The translations under genes and the position numbers were made by a program. A DNA stretch of 64,000 nucleotides from positions 1-64,000 of IMG/VR virus record IMGVR_UViG_3300034063_000636, one strand, 5' to 3'. Below the pieces are notes generated by a model. The model saw nothing but the letters and a program-made list of their open reading frames with translations, was not told where the DNA came from and searched no databases. This stretch comes from a virus. The stretch's first letter is position 1. Every line of letters starts with the position of its first letter. Below, piece after piece: positions 1 through 8,990 of this stretch.

Positions 1-31
1 AAACTACCAGAAATGCCATGGAAGAAAAATA

Positions 32-235
32 ATGATGTTGCAAAGTAAAATAAAATTTATATGGACTCCATTATTTTTTATAATGTTTATCTATGAATAT
101 TTTGCTCCTGGTATGGTTCTGTGTGGTAGTATGGCTCTTACAGGTCAAATGTGGTTTATGTGGTTTATGATGAGTTTATCTGCAAGCGGAGCATATGTAG
201 AACTTTTAGAAAGAGCATTGGAGAATAGAAAATGA
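32..235 (+). CDS. small hydrophobic membrane protein
   Basis: 67 aa with 2 hydrophobic segments; stop overlaps the next ATG (ATGA). Confidence 0.55.
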   Translation: MMLQSKIKFIWTPLFFIMFIYEYFAPGMVLCGSMALTGQMWFMWFMMSLSASGAYVELLERALENRK

Positions 236-402
236 AATATCTTGTAGCACTTTCCCTTTTGTTTCTTGTGGGATGCGCAAATCCATTGACTCGTTTGGTT
301 CCAAAGATAGAAATGCCTGAACCACCAAAAGAATTGATGGCTCCACCAAAGCCATTGAAGACAATTATTCCACCAACTACACCACAACAGAATAACAAAT
401 GA
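232..402 (+). CDS. Pro-rich lipoprotein, o-spanin (Rz1)-like; not in ORF track
   Basis: MKYLVALSLLFLVGC|ANPLTRLVPKIEMPEPPKELMAPPKPLKTIIPP...; lipobox LVGC, 56 aa, translational coupling at both ends. Confidence 0.6.
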   Translation: MKYLVALSLLFLVGCANPLTRLVPKIEMPEPPKELMAPPKPLKTIIPPTTPQQNNK

Positions 403-521
403 AATACTACAAATTTGGCAACGTAAAATGCGCAAGTGGACAAGTTAAAAACTTTGAGTGCAATGCTGAGAGTTTTCGCGCTGCCAAAAAATTGTTATTA
501 GAATTCATTGAGAACAATTGA
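399..521 (+). CDS. hypothetical protein (40 aa)
   Basis: ATGA overlap with the upstream stop; MKYYKFGNVKCASGQVKNFECNAESF...; fills the gap in a dense operon. Confidence 0.45.
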   Translation: MKYYKFGNVKCASGQVKNFECNAESFRAAKKLLLEFIENN

Positions 522-524
522 TTT

Positions 525-725
525 ATGTCGCATTTAGATGACGTGAATCATACCTATTTCCAGCATCTTCGCAGAGCATGGAAGATAGCCTTTATTCTGT
601 TTATTCATGGTTTATTTCCAGAAATCTGGAAAACAAAAGCAAGTGATGAACTTTGTCAGAAGAATAAATATAATTCATCACGAGCACATTTGCTCAAAGC
701 CATGTACGGAATAGAAGAAAAATGA
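525..725 (+). CDS. small conserved protein (DUF6356-like)
   Basis: HL...TYFQHL..AW....IHGLFP pattern. Confidence 0.55.
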   Translation: MSHLDDVNHTYFQHLRRAWKIAFILFIHGLFPEIWKTKASDELCQKNKYNSSRAHLLKAMYGIEEK

Positions 726-1066
726 TTGACTTTGAGAGCAGATTAAGTAAAATAGAGACTGAGGTCGCTGCAATGAGAGAGAAGGTTTCTTTCTTCTCAG
801 TGATCTATGAGAAGTTCGATCGTACTCTTGATAAACTTGACGAAAGAACTATCGAAGACAAACGCGAATTACAAGCAATGATGGATGATCTTCGCACTGA
901 TCTTGTGCAAGAGATGAAGTCTTTGCGTGAAGAAATGGCTGCACAACATGCGGTCGAAAAACAAAAGATCGAAGATCTCAACAAATGGCGTTGGCTCGTA
1001 ATGGGCGGTGCAGTTGTTGTTGGTTGGATTATATCCAAATTAGGGTTGCCTTTTGAAGTCAAATAG
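722..1066 (+). CDS. coiled-coil protein with C-terminal TM anchor (XhlA/holin-like)
   Basis: heptad-rich body ending in KWRWLVMGGAVVVGWII. Confidence 0.6.
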   Translation: MIDFESRLSKIETEVAAMREKVSFFSVIYEKFDRTLDKLDERTIEDKRELQAMMDDLRTDLVQEMKSLREEMAAQHAVEKQKIEDLNKWRWLVMGGAVVVGWIISKLGLPFEVK

Positions 1067-1075
1067 TATATAATG
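1047..1075 (+). promoter_or_regulatory. sigma70-type promoter for primase
   Basis: TTGCCT-17 nt-TATAAT. Confidence 0.6.
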
Positions 1076-1107
1076 TTTGATCCGTTGGTGAATTTTGTGA
1101 TGGTTTT

Positions 1108-2187
1108 ATGTCTGTTTATATCGACAGAAAATTTCTTGGTTTTGTATCATCAAAGTTAGAACAGTTCAAGCAAAAGCAAACTGATCTGTATAACTTTCGA
1201 TGCCCCTATTGCGGTGATTCGAAGAAGAACAAACTGAAGGCGAGAGGCTATGTTTATCGCAAGTCAAACGACTACTTCTTCATCTGCCACAATTGCGGCA
1301 AGTCTACGACGTTTGCGAAGTTTGTGGAGCACGTCGATGGTACAACCTATAAGCAGTATATCCTCGAGCGATATGCAGTTGGTGAAACAGGATACGGATC
1401 TAACGTCAAAAAGCCTGATTTCGAACAACTCAAGGGAAACGCCTACTCCAGATTCCAGTCTACTCTCGACGACTCCAGAGGAGATTCAGCGCCAGTTGAA
1501 AGCCTGGAGAGAACAGCAAGAACGTTTGCACATTATAGTATAGAAAATCTTCCTGAAGAGCATTATGCTCGTGACTATATAAAAAAGAGGAAGATTCCTG
1601 AGAAGTTCTGGGGCGAAATTCTATTTGTTCCCAAATTTCTAGATTTCCTAGATAAAGAGTTCCCCAATCATGGCAAAGACGAGGTCCCAAACGACGATCG
1701 TGTAGTTCTCCTTTACACTAACGAAAAGGGTGAAATTACAAACGTCGCGGGAAGGGCATTGTCTGAATCTAAGATTCGATATGTCACTGTAAAGGTGTCA
1801 GATGAGAAGAAGGTGTTTGGATTGCATCGTCTGCGCAAGCAAGAACGTATCTATGTCGTTGAGGGACAGTTTGATTCTTATTTCCTTCCGAATTGCGTTG
1901 CCAGTGGCGATAGTAATTTGGGCGGCGTGGCAGCAATTTTCCCAGAACTAGATGTAGTTTTGGTTTATGATAATGAACCACGCAATAAAGATATTGTAAA
2001 GCAAATTGAGAAATCAATTGACAGAGGTTTGACAGTTTGTCTTTTCCCAGAAAGTGTAACGGGAAAAGATATTAATGAAATGATACAAAATGGTTTGACT
2101 TCTGACGAAATAAAAGATATTATAAACAGTAACACATTCAGTGGACTAACAGCCAAACTGAAGTTTACGCATTGGAAAAGGTGCTAG
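1108..2187 (+). CDS. gp61: T4-like DNA primase
   Basis: NFRCPYCGDS..KARG..CHNCG zinc finger; TOPRIM VVEGQFDS, YDNEPRN, KDINEM. Confidence 0.95.
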   Translation: MSVYIDRKFLGFVSSKLEQFKQKQTDLYNFRCPYCGDSKKNKLKARGYVYRKSNDYFFICHNCGKSTTFAKFVEHVDGTTYKQYILERYAVGETGYGSNVKKPDFEQLKGNAYSRFQSTLDDSRGDSAPVESLERTARTFAHYSIENLPEEHYARDYIKKRKIPEKFWGEILFVPKFLDFLDKEFPNHGKDEVPNDDRVVLLYTNEKGEITNVAGRALSESKIRYVTVKVSDEKKVFGLHRLRKQERIYVVEGQFDSYFLPNCVASGDSNLGGVAAIFPELDVVLVYDNEPRNKDIVKQIEKSIDRGLTVCLFPESVTGKDINEMIQNGLTSDEIKDIINSNTFSGLTAKLKFTHWKRC

Positions 2188-2188
2188 T

Positions 2189-2443
2189 ATGCAAACACTA
2201 GAAGATGCAGGGCTTGAAGTTTTCAAGCAACCAATTAAGAGAGTTCGTGTACAATTTCATGGCGGACTTTGGTATGTTGAATATCAAAGACCTGCTCAAT
2301 ATTATATTGATGGTTGGTGGTGGTTTGACGACAGCAAACATCCAGAATATAAAGATGCCTTTGTTCGCGCTCAAGAGTTAGCAGCCGAAGGTGGTAAAAA
2401 AGAAATTCGTCACAAGACACTAGTATTTGAGGTTGAATCGTGA
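2189..2443 (+). CDS. hypothetical protein
   Basis: 84-aa ORF packed between primase and thyX. Confidence 0.7.
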   Translation: MQTLEDAGLEVFKQPIKRVRVQFHGGLWYVEYQRPAQYYIDGWWWFDDSKHPEYKDAFVRAQELAAEGGKKEIRHKTLVFEVES

Positions 2444-3102
2444 AAGTAAAATTAGTATCATACAGTAAACCAGTTCTCGAGGGATTGGATACACCAACGG
2501 ACCTTGTAGCCTATTGCGCAAGAGTGTCCAATCCCTCCAATCAAATTAACTCTGAAACAGCAGAGAAGTTGATCAAGTATTTGATCAAGCATCAACATTG
2601 GTCACCATTAGAAATGGCAACCATGTGTTTAGAAATTGAAACAACACGAGATATTGCGCGTCAGATTTTGCGTCATCGTAGTTTCTCGTTTCAAGAATTC
2701 TCACAGCGTTATGCTGACCCAACTAAAGATTTAGAATTTGTCACTCGTGAAGCACGACTTCAAGATCCGAAGAATCGTCAGAATTCCATTTCTGAAGGTG
2801 TTGATGTCATGCTTCAATACGAATGGGACAAACGTCAACAAGACTTGATCGAACAAGTCAAGATACACTATAATTGGGCAAGCAATAATGGTATTGCTAA
2901 AGAACAAGCGCGAGCCCTTCTTCCTGAAGGATTAATTATGTCTCGCATGTATATGAGCGGGTCTTTGCGTTCATGGATTCACTATATACAACTCCGAAGC
3001 GGTAACGGCACTCAGAAAGAACATATGGAAATTGCGAAAGAGTGCGCAAAGGTTATTGCTGAGGTATTCCCTCTTTCAACACAATTTATCGCAACAGAAT
3101 AA
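2440..3102 (+). CDS. thyX: flavin-dependent thymidylate synthase
   Basis: ARVS, HWSPLE, QILRHRSFSFQEFSQRY, EQARALLP. Confidence 0.96.
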   Translation: MKVKLVSYSKPVLEGLDTPTDLVAYCARVSNPSNQINSETAEKLIKYLIKHQHWSPLEMATMCLEIETTRDIARQILRHRSFSFQEFSQRYADPTKDLEFVTREARLQDPKNRQNSISEGVDVMLQYEWDKRQQDLIEQVKIHYNWASNNGIAKEQARALLPEGLIMSRMYMSGSLRSWIHYIQLRSGNGTQKEHMEIAKECAKVIAEVFPLSTQFIATE

Positions 3103-3112
3103 TAAGGAGCAA

Positions 3113-5002
3113 ATGATGGCGACAAGACTTCCGTCCATTTATCAAGATTTCATTCACATTTCACGCTATGCTCGTTTTAATGACGAACTTGGTCGCCGCG
3201 AAACATGGGATGAAACTGTAGACCGTTATATTAATTTCTTTAAAGAAAAAACAAATAACAATCAACTAGTTCCATGGGAAGAATTGCGCACAGCAATTAT
3301 TAATTTGGAAGTCATGCCATCAATGCGTTGCTTGATGACTGCTGGTCCTGCTTTGGAAAAAGATCAAGTGGCTGGATATAATTGCTCCTATGTCGCCATT
3401 GATAATACAAAAGCATTTGACGAAATCATGTACATCCTTATGTGCGGCACTGGCGTTGGTTTCTCTGTTGAATCAAAGTATACAAACAAATTGCCAGAAG
3501 TTCCAGAAGAACTTCATGAGACAGATACAACTGTTGTGATTGCTGATTCCAAGATTGGTTGGGCATCTGCTTATCGTGAAATCATTTCATTGCTATATTC
3601 TGGCAAGATCCCAAAGTGGGATGTCAGCAAGGTTCGCCCAGCAGGTGAGCGTTTGAAGACATTCGGTGGTCGTGCTTCTGGTCCAGAACCATTGGTCGAT
3701 CTAATTAAATTCACTCTTAATATTTTCCATAAGGCACGTGGTAGAAAACTATCAACGTTGGAATGCCATGACATCGTATGTAAAATTGCTGATATTGTTG
3801 TGTGTGGCGGCGTTCGTCGCTCTGCTCTCATCTCCCTCACTGACCTCAACGACGACCACTTGCGTCATGCTAAGAGCGGAGAGTGGTGGACACATAATGG
3901 TCAACGAGCACTTGCTAATATCTCGGCTGTGTATGACAAGCGAGTAGATATGGATACATTCATGAACGAATGGCATGCACTATACATGTCACGTTCAGGC
4001 GAGCGTGGCATTTTCTCACGTGCTGCTTCACAGGCTGTTGCTGAGAAGAATGGTCGTCGTGATCCAAAGCATGAGTTTGGCACAAACCCATGTTCTGAAA
4101 TTATCTTGCGTCCATTTGAGTTCTGTAATCTTTCAGAGATTGTTGTTCGCGCAAATGATGACGTAGAGTCATTGAAGCGCAAGGCTCGTCTCGCTACAAT
4201 CATTGGTACGTTGCAATCAACACTTACAGATTTTCGCTACATCAATAAGAAGTGGAAGAATAATTGTGATGAAGAGCGTTTGCTTGGTGTTTCTCTTACA
4301 GGTATCTGCGACAGCAAACTTCTAAATAAGCCGTCACAGAAACTGGCAGATGCACTTGATGAGATCAGACTTCATTGTGTTGAAACAAATAAGGAATTCG
4401 CCGACTCTCTTGGCATTCCACAGTCGGCTGCAATTACTTGCGTCAAACCTTCTGGCACTGTTTCACAATTGGTGGATTCCGCATCAGGCATTCACCCACG
4501 TTATTCTCAGTTTTATGTCCGTCGCGTAAGAGCAGACATGAAAGATCCTCTTGCTCAGTTTATGATTGACAAGGGATATAAGGCTGAAGAAGATTTTTAC
4601 AGTAAGTCAAACTGGGTATTCAGTTTCCCAATGAAGGCACCAAAGAACTCTGTCACTCGCCATGATATGACTGCGATTGAACAGTTGGAACTTTGGAAGA
4701 TTTACCAGGATCACTGGTGTGAACACAAGCCTTCGATTACAGTATATGTTGGTGATGATGAGTGGATGGAAGTTGGTGCATGGGTTTATAAGAACATTTC
4801 TGTTCTATCAGGTGTTTCTTTCCTCCCACGTGACAATGGCTCATATCGTCAAGCACCTTACGAAGAAATTGATGAAGCCAAGTATAACGAACTTCTTGCG
4901 CTCCAAAACGTTGATATCAACTGGGTGGAGTTTATGGAAGAAACGGATACAACAACTTCAGCAAAAGAACTTGCATGCTCTGCAGGTGTATGTGAAATCT
5001 AA
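3113..5002 (+). CDS. nrdJ: class II (adenosylcobalamin-dependent) ribonucleotide reductase
   Basis: RRETWDETVDRY, YNCSY, TNPCSEI, TCVKPSGTVSQL, C-terminal ELACSAGVCEI; start after SD AAGGAG (3113 or 3116). Confidence 0.93.
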   Translation: MMATRLPSIYQDFIHISRYARFNDELGRRETWDETVDRYINFFKEKTNNNQLVPWEELRTAIINLEVMPSMRCLMTAGPALEKDQVAGYNCSYVAIDNTKAFDEIMYILMCGTGVGFSVESKYTNKLPEVPEELHETDTTVVIADSKIGWASAYREIISLLYSGKIPKWDVSKVRPAGERLKTFGGRASGPEPLVDLIKFTLNIFHKARGRKLSTLECHDIVCKIADIVVCGGVRRSALISLTDLNDDHLRHAKSGEWWTHNGQRALANISAVYDKRVDMDTFMNEWHALYMSRSGERGIFSRAASQAVAEKNGRRDPKHEFGTNPCSEIILRPFEFCNLSEIVVRANDDVESLKRKARLATIIGTLQSTLTDFRYINKKWKNNCDEERLLGVSLTGICDSKLLNKPSQKLADALDEIRLHCVETNKEFADSLGIPQSAAITCVKPSGTVSQLVDSASGIHPRYSQFYVRRVRADMKDPLAQFMIDKGYKAEEDFYSKSNWVFSFPMKAPKNSVTRHDMTAIEQLELWKIYQDHWCEHKPSITVYVGDDEWMEVGAWVYKNISVLSGVSFLPRDNGSYRQAPYEEIDEAKYNELLALQNVDINWVEFMEETDTTTSAKELACSAGVCEI

Positions 5003-5018
5003 AATAAAGGAGAAAGTT

Positions 5019-5225
5019 ATGAAGAATGTAATTCTTGTTGGTCTAGTTGCTTTCGGTCTCGTTGCTTGTGGCGCAAAGGAAGAAGCAGTTGTTGTTGAAG
5101 AAACACCAGCCGTTGAAGCCGCTGCTCCTGCTGAAGCACCAGCCGCTGATGCTGCTGTTGTTGAAGCACCAGTAGAAGCCGCACCAGCCGCTGAGGTTGT
5201 TGATGCAGCACCAGTTGCTCAGTAA
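5019..5225 (+). CDS. small Ala/Glu/Pro-rich lipoprotein
   Basis: SD AAGGAG; MKNVILVGLVAFGLVA|C lipobox; disordered EAAAPAEAPAA tail. Confidence 0.8.
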   Translation: MKNVILVGLVAFGLVACGAKEEAVVVEETPAVEAAAPAEAPAADAAVVEAPVEAAPAAEVVDAAPVAQ

Positions 5226-5243
5226 TAAAAACTGAGGTAACAG

Positions 5244-5268
5244 AAAGGGGACTTCGGTCCCCTTTTTT
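5244..5268 (+). terminator. intrinsic terminator with cUUCGg tetraloop
   Basis: AAAGGGGAC-TTCG-GTCCCCTTTTTT. Confidence 0.9.
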
Positions 5269-5299
5269 ATTTTAACATCTAAATTTACTATATAATCTC

Positions 5300-5956
5300 A
5301 TGGCATATATTAACGCTAACATACCGCCGATCGAATGTTTCGTGCGGACTAATTTTCTTCAGAACAGAACTGAGTTCGATGAAGCGAAAGACTCATATCT
5401 TCCAGTCCTTATATTTGGCGTGGCGTCGATACCGCATCGTGCCCCACTTTTTCATTTCATCATGGAAGATGAGGGGCTTTGGTTCCGCATGCCGATACAC
5501 GCTTTCTGTCATAAAACTCCTGCGGCGCAAGAAGAACTTTACAATTTAGTTCTCTGGGATTCGTTCAGTTCATACATTAGCGTCACTCAATTCGATTTTT
5601 TAATCAATAAACGCATGAAGTATATTGATCGAAACAAAAAGTGGAATGAAGGAACTTATTTGTTCACATTAGATTGGTCACATGAAGATAAGAACATTGC
5701 TGATCTTGGATTCAGTGAGATTCCAGGACAACATAAATGTGGTCACGTGATCAAATTAGACAATGGTAATTTTGCAATTCAGCCAAACAATCGCTGCCGT
5801 GCATTTGAGCCATCATTTGTCACGAAGCCAGGACAAAATGTCATCGAGAGAAAACTCGGAACACAGATGTGGTCTGTAGAGAACACATCAAAGTGGGTGT
5901 TGTCTGACGATGACCGATACGAATATGAGGTAAAGGAAAATGGCAATCGAAAATGA
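5300..5956 (+). CDS. conserved phage hypothetical protein
   Basis: 218-aa ORF, MAYINANIPP...GQHKCGH...AIQPNNR; no SD, ATG immediately after TATAAT (leaderless). Confidence 0.75.
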   Translation: MAYINANIPPIECFVRTNFLQNRTEFDEAKDSYLPVLIFGVASIPHRAPLFHFIMEDEGLWFRMPIHAFCHKTPAAQEELYNLVLWDSFSSYISVTQFDFLINKRMKYIDRNKKWNEGTYLFTLDWSHEDKNIADLGFSEIPGQHKCGHVIKLDNGNFAIQPNNRCRAFEPSFVTKPGQNVIERKLGTQMWSVENTSKWVLSDDDRYEYEVKENGNRK

Positions 5957-6284
5957 TTTCGATTTTGGATTTAGTTTTGAAGATGAAGAAGCAGTAACCA
6001 AAACAACTACTGCTGCAGCACCAACTGCAAACAATGATCAACTTCTTATGTTGCAGGCAAAAATTGATTCATTGTTAGATGCTCAAGAGCAAACTTTGCA
6101 GACTGCTCTCATAACTGCATTAGAAGAAAAACATAAGGCTAAACTCAAAGAACTTGAGGGACTAATTCTCCCACTGCTATATAATCTAATGAAGAATCCT
6201 GACAAACCAATCATTAATTGGCCAAACAGAGAAGCTGTCATTAAAAAACAAATTGAAAAGATTCAGGCTGTAACAAGAGGTTGA
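5940..6284 (+). CDS. hypothetical protein
   Basis: DFDFGFS N-terminus; LPLL.NL.KNP.K..I.WPNR motif typical of T4-like phages. Confidence 0.75.
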   Translation: MAIENDFDFGFSFEDEEAVTKTTTAAAPTANNDQLLMLQAKIDSLLDAQEQTLQTALITALEEKHKAKLKELEGLILPLLYNLMKNPDKPIINWPNREAVIKKQIEKIQAVTRG

Positions 6285-6286
6285 TT

Positions 6287-6511
6287 ATGCCAGATTTAAA
6301 ACTAACATGCGATAATTGTGGATCGATGTTCGCATTATCATTTGATGATGACGAAGTGAGTTATGCACCAAGTCATTGCCCATTTTGTGGCGATTATTAT
6401 GATAATGAAAAAGAAGAACTAAATTTTAACGATGATGAAGAATATCTAGACGAGGAAGATGAGATTAATAATCGTTTAGATGATAGTGAAGATGATAGTC
6501 GTTGGCATTGA
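6287..6511 (+). CDS. zinc-ribbon protein with acidic tail
   Basis: CDNC...CPFCG. Confidence 0.7.
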   Translation: MPDLKLTCDNCGSMFALSFDDDEVSYAPSHCPFCGDYYDNEKEELNFNDDEEYLDEEDEINNRLDDSEDDSRWH

Positions 6512-7052
6512 TTATAGTTTAACTTCTCCATGCGTCTGTGTCAGCAGAGACAAAACATTCTCAAATTCGTTTTTCTATTTTTTAAACGATCGTAAAACAG
6601 TACAAGGAAAGTTTCACAATATTCTTGGCGAACAACACGAAGAATATCTAACCGACCAAGAGCGTTATGAGAATATTGCTTCTTGGGTTCTGGCTATTCT
6701 TGCAGACTTTGACAAGAAAGATATTGTGATCATGATTGAAGATTATTCTTTCGGATCAAAAGGAAAGGTTTTTAATCTTGCAGAAAACTGTGGCATTCTT
6801 AAGTATATGCTGTACAAGAACGGATACAGATTCTTTACAGTGCCTCCAACAGTGGTTAAGAAGTTTGCAACAGGCAAAGGCAATGCTACAAAAGATAAGA
6901 TGTATGAAGCGTTTGTAAACGATACTTTTGTTGATTTACATAGTATAATATCTCCTACGACAAAACTTGGATCACCAACAACAGATATCGTAGATGCTTG
7001 GTACATTGCTCGTTATATGATTGAACAACATTCTAAAAAGGAAGCTGTATGA
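6492..7052 (+). CDS. RuvC-like Holliday junction resolvase/nuclease
   Basis: GIDYSLTSP, IEDYSF, LAENCG, KKFATGKGNA.K, DIVDAW RNase-H-fold motifs. Confidence 0.75.
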   Translation: MIVVGIDYSLTSPCVCVSRDKTFSNSFFYFLNDRKTVQGKFHNILGEQHEEYLTDQERYENIASWVLAILADFDKKDIVIMIEDYSFGSKGKVFNLAENCGILKYMLYKNGYRFFTVPPTVVKKFATGKGNATKDKMYEAFVNDTFVDLHSIISPTTKLGSPTTDIVDAWYIARYMIEQHSKKEAV

Positions 7053-7987
7053 AAAATATTTTAGTGACTGGTGGTGCAGGTTTTGTTGGTAGTCACTTAT
7101 GCGAAAGATTGATTGAACAAGGACATAAAGTTTATTGCGTTGACAATTTTTATACTGGCGCAGTAAAAAATGTTGCTTCAATTGTCAAGCATCCAAACTT
7201 TCGCTTTTATGAGCATGATGTGACAAGCAGCATTTTTCGTGATTACTTTTCAACTAGACCTATTGATATCATTTACAATCTTGCTTGTCCTGCTTCGCCT
7301 GTGCATTATCAGCGTGATCCAATCTTTACAACAATGACTTGTGTGCTTGGTGCTCATAATGTATTAGAAATTGCTCGCAAGACAAAGGCTCGTGTTGTTC
7401 AGGCTTCCACCTCTGAGGTGTATGGTGATCCAGATATTCACCCACAACCAGAAACATATAATGGCAATGTGAATCCAATTGGTCCACGTGCATGTTATGA
7501 TGAAGGCAAACGTGCGGCAGAGACGTTATTCTTTGATTACAGGAGAATGTATGATGTCAACACTGGTGTATTCCGTATTTTCAACACTTATGGACCACGC
7601 ATGGCAAAGAACGATGGGCGAGTTGTTTCTAACTTCATCGTCGCTGCTCTTGCTGATGCGAATCTAACAATTCACGGAGCAGGAATGCAGACAAGATCAT
7701 TCTGCTATGTTGATGATCTTGTAGAAGGTATACAAAAATTTGCGAATTCCAAAGCGATTGGTCCAATTAATCTTGGCAATCCTGGGGAGTTTACTGTTGA
7801 TGAACTTGCGACTATAATTATACAGAAGGTAAATAAAGGTTATAAGCAATATGTTGAGCGAACTATAGACGACCCTCAACAACGCAAGCCAGATATTACA
7901 TTAGCAAAATCAGTTTTAAATTGGGAACCAAAAGTTGCGTTGTCGGAGGGATTAGATAAAACAATCGATTACTTCAGGAGCGTATAA
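7049..7987 (+). CDS. UDP-glucuronate decarboxylase (UDP-xylose synthase), extended SDR
   Basis: GGAGFVGSH, LACPASPVHYQ, STSEVYGDP, CYDEGKR, RIFNTYGPRM, DDPQQRKPDI. Confidence 0.9.
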   Translation: MKNILVTGGAGFVGSHLCERLIEQGHKVYCVDNFYTGAVKNVASIVKHPNFRFYEHDVTSSIFRDYFSTRPIDIIYNLACPASPVHYQRDPIFTTMTCVLGAHNVLEIARKTKARVVQASTSEVYGDPDIHPQPETYNGNVNPIGPRACYDEGKRAAETLFFDYRRMYDVNTGVFRIFNTYGPRMAKNDGRVVSNFIVAALADANLTIHGAGMQTRSFCYVDDLVEGIQKFANSKAIGPINLGNPGEFTVDELATIIIQKVNKGYKQYVERTIDDPQQRKPDITLAKSVLNWEPKVALSEGLDKTIDYFRSV

Positions 7988-8361
7988 TGTCAAACAACGA
8001 ATTTGATGGTTGCGATGGCGCTTTATGGTACGTTGAAGTTACTCAAGAAGATAATGAAATTCGACACGAAGTAGATTCTACAATCTACAATTATCAAGAT
8101 AAACAAATTGAGCCAGATGAATTAGGATTTAAGTACCATATTCTAACATACAAAGAAGATAGAACTGAAGCAGAAGTTATTCGAGCATATATTGGCGACG
8201 TAGCGTTCTTTATTAACAATCATGCTCGTGCTGGGTACAATGGTTTAATGGTCAAGAACAATTCTATTCCAAAGAAAACTGTGAAAGAAATGTTCAAGAA
8301 AATATTGACTAACTGGCAGTTTTCAGATAAAATGATTCGTGATGTGATCAAACAGGTGTGA
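7987..8361 (+). CDS. hypothetical protein
   Basis: 124-aa ORF, coupled start/stop. Confidence 0.65.
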   Translation: MSNNEFDGCDGALWYVEVTQEDNEIRHEVDSTIYNYQDKQIEPDELGFKYHILTYKEDRTEAEVIRAYIGDVAFFINNHARAGYNGLMVKNNSIPKKTVKEMFKKILTNWQFSDKMIRDVIKQV

Positions 8362-8362
8362 T

Positions 8363-8623
8363 ATGACAATGTTTACTCGTGATGGTTTAATTGATATGCT
8401 TCGTCACAATATTGTAACTGTGACATTTACGAAAGTGAACGGAGACGAAAGAGTTATGAAATGCACTCTTTTGCCAGAGCACGTTCCAAATGCGCCAACG
8501 ACAAATGGTGATCTTGTTCTTGAATCTAAGGGATCCAGCAATAACATCCCAGTATGGGATTTAGACGCAAGTGGGTGGCGATCCTTTAAAGTTGAAAGTG
8601 TTAAAACTATTTCAATTGGATGA
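8363..8623 (+). CDS. WYL_2/DUF2693 SH3-like protein
   Basis: VTFTKVNGDER.M.CTL...VWD....GWRSF. Confidence 0.8.
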   Translation: MTMFTRDGLIDMLRHNIVTVTFTKVNGDERVMKCTLLPEHVPNAPTTNGDLVLESKGSSNNIPVWDLDASGWRSFKVESVKTISIG

Positions 8624-8752
8624 TTAAAATGCTAAATATACCACCAGCCGCCCTACCTTTCGGTGTAAGGTTTGTCGCACAGCGATGGCTGCTTTGTAAA
8701 AGAGGAATCTAGGACGTATTGCGCAGTGCGTCACGATAGATGAACCGAGTCT

Positions 8753-8953
8753 ATGATACTACAACCTAAAAGCCGTTTCGGGCAACAATTCTTAGAACTA
8801 TATGGTAACGAATGGGTTCTCATTCGTAAGATGGATTCCTGGCACTCTTCAAAACGTCCAGGACCATATGGATTTGTACAACAAGTTGAAGGTCTGAAAA
8901 CTTTTTTCATACATTTAGTCGATGACCCCCATTTTTTAATACAACGGAAATAA
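8753..8953 (+). CDS. hypothetical protein
   Basis: 66-aa ORF on the coding strand. Confidence 0.55.
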   Translation: MILQPKSRFGQQFLELYGNEWVLIRKMDSWHSSKRPGPYGFVQQVEGLKTFFIHLVDDPHFLIQRK

Positions 8954-8990
8954 TTTGCATCTATATAAATGCTCCACCGAAGGAGCATAA

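Noticed and set aside
2440-5002. Introns or inteins in thyX/nrdJ, common in T4-like phages
   Set aside because: Both ORFs are continuous, of normal length and lack splicing motifs.
4677-5018. 182-aa ORF overlapping the nrdJ 3' end
   Set aside because: An out-of-frame extension; the real start is the SD-preceded ATG at 5019 that begins the signal peptide.
8640-8752. Cobalamin riboswitch controlling the TonB-dependent receptor
   Set aside because: No B12-box or GGGAA/GCCCCCGC core, and two ORFs lie between it and the receptor.
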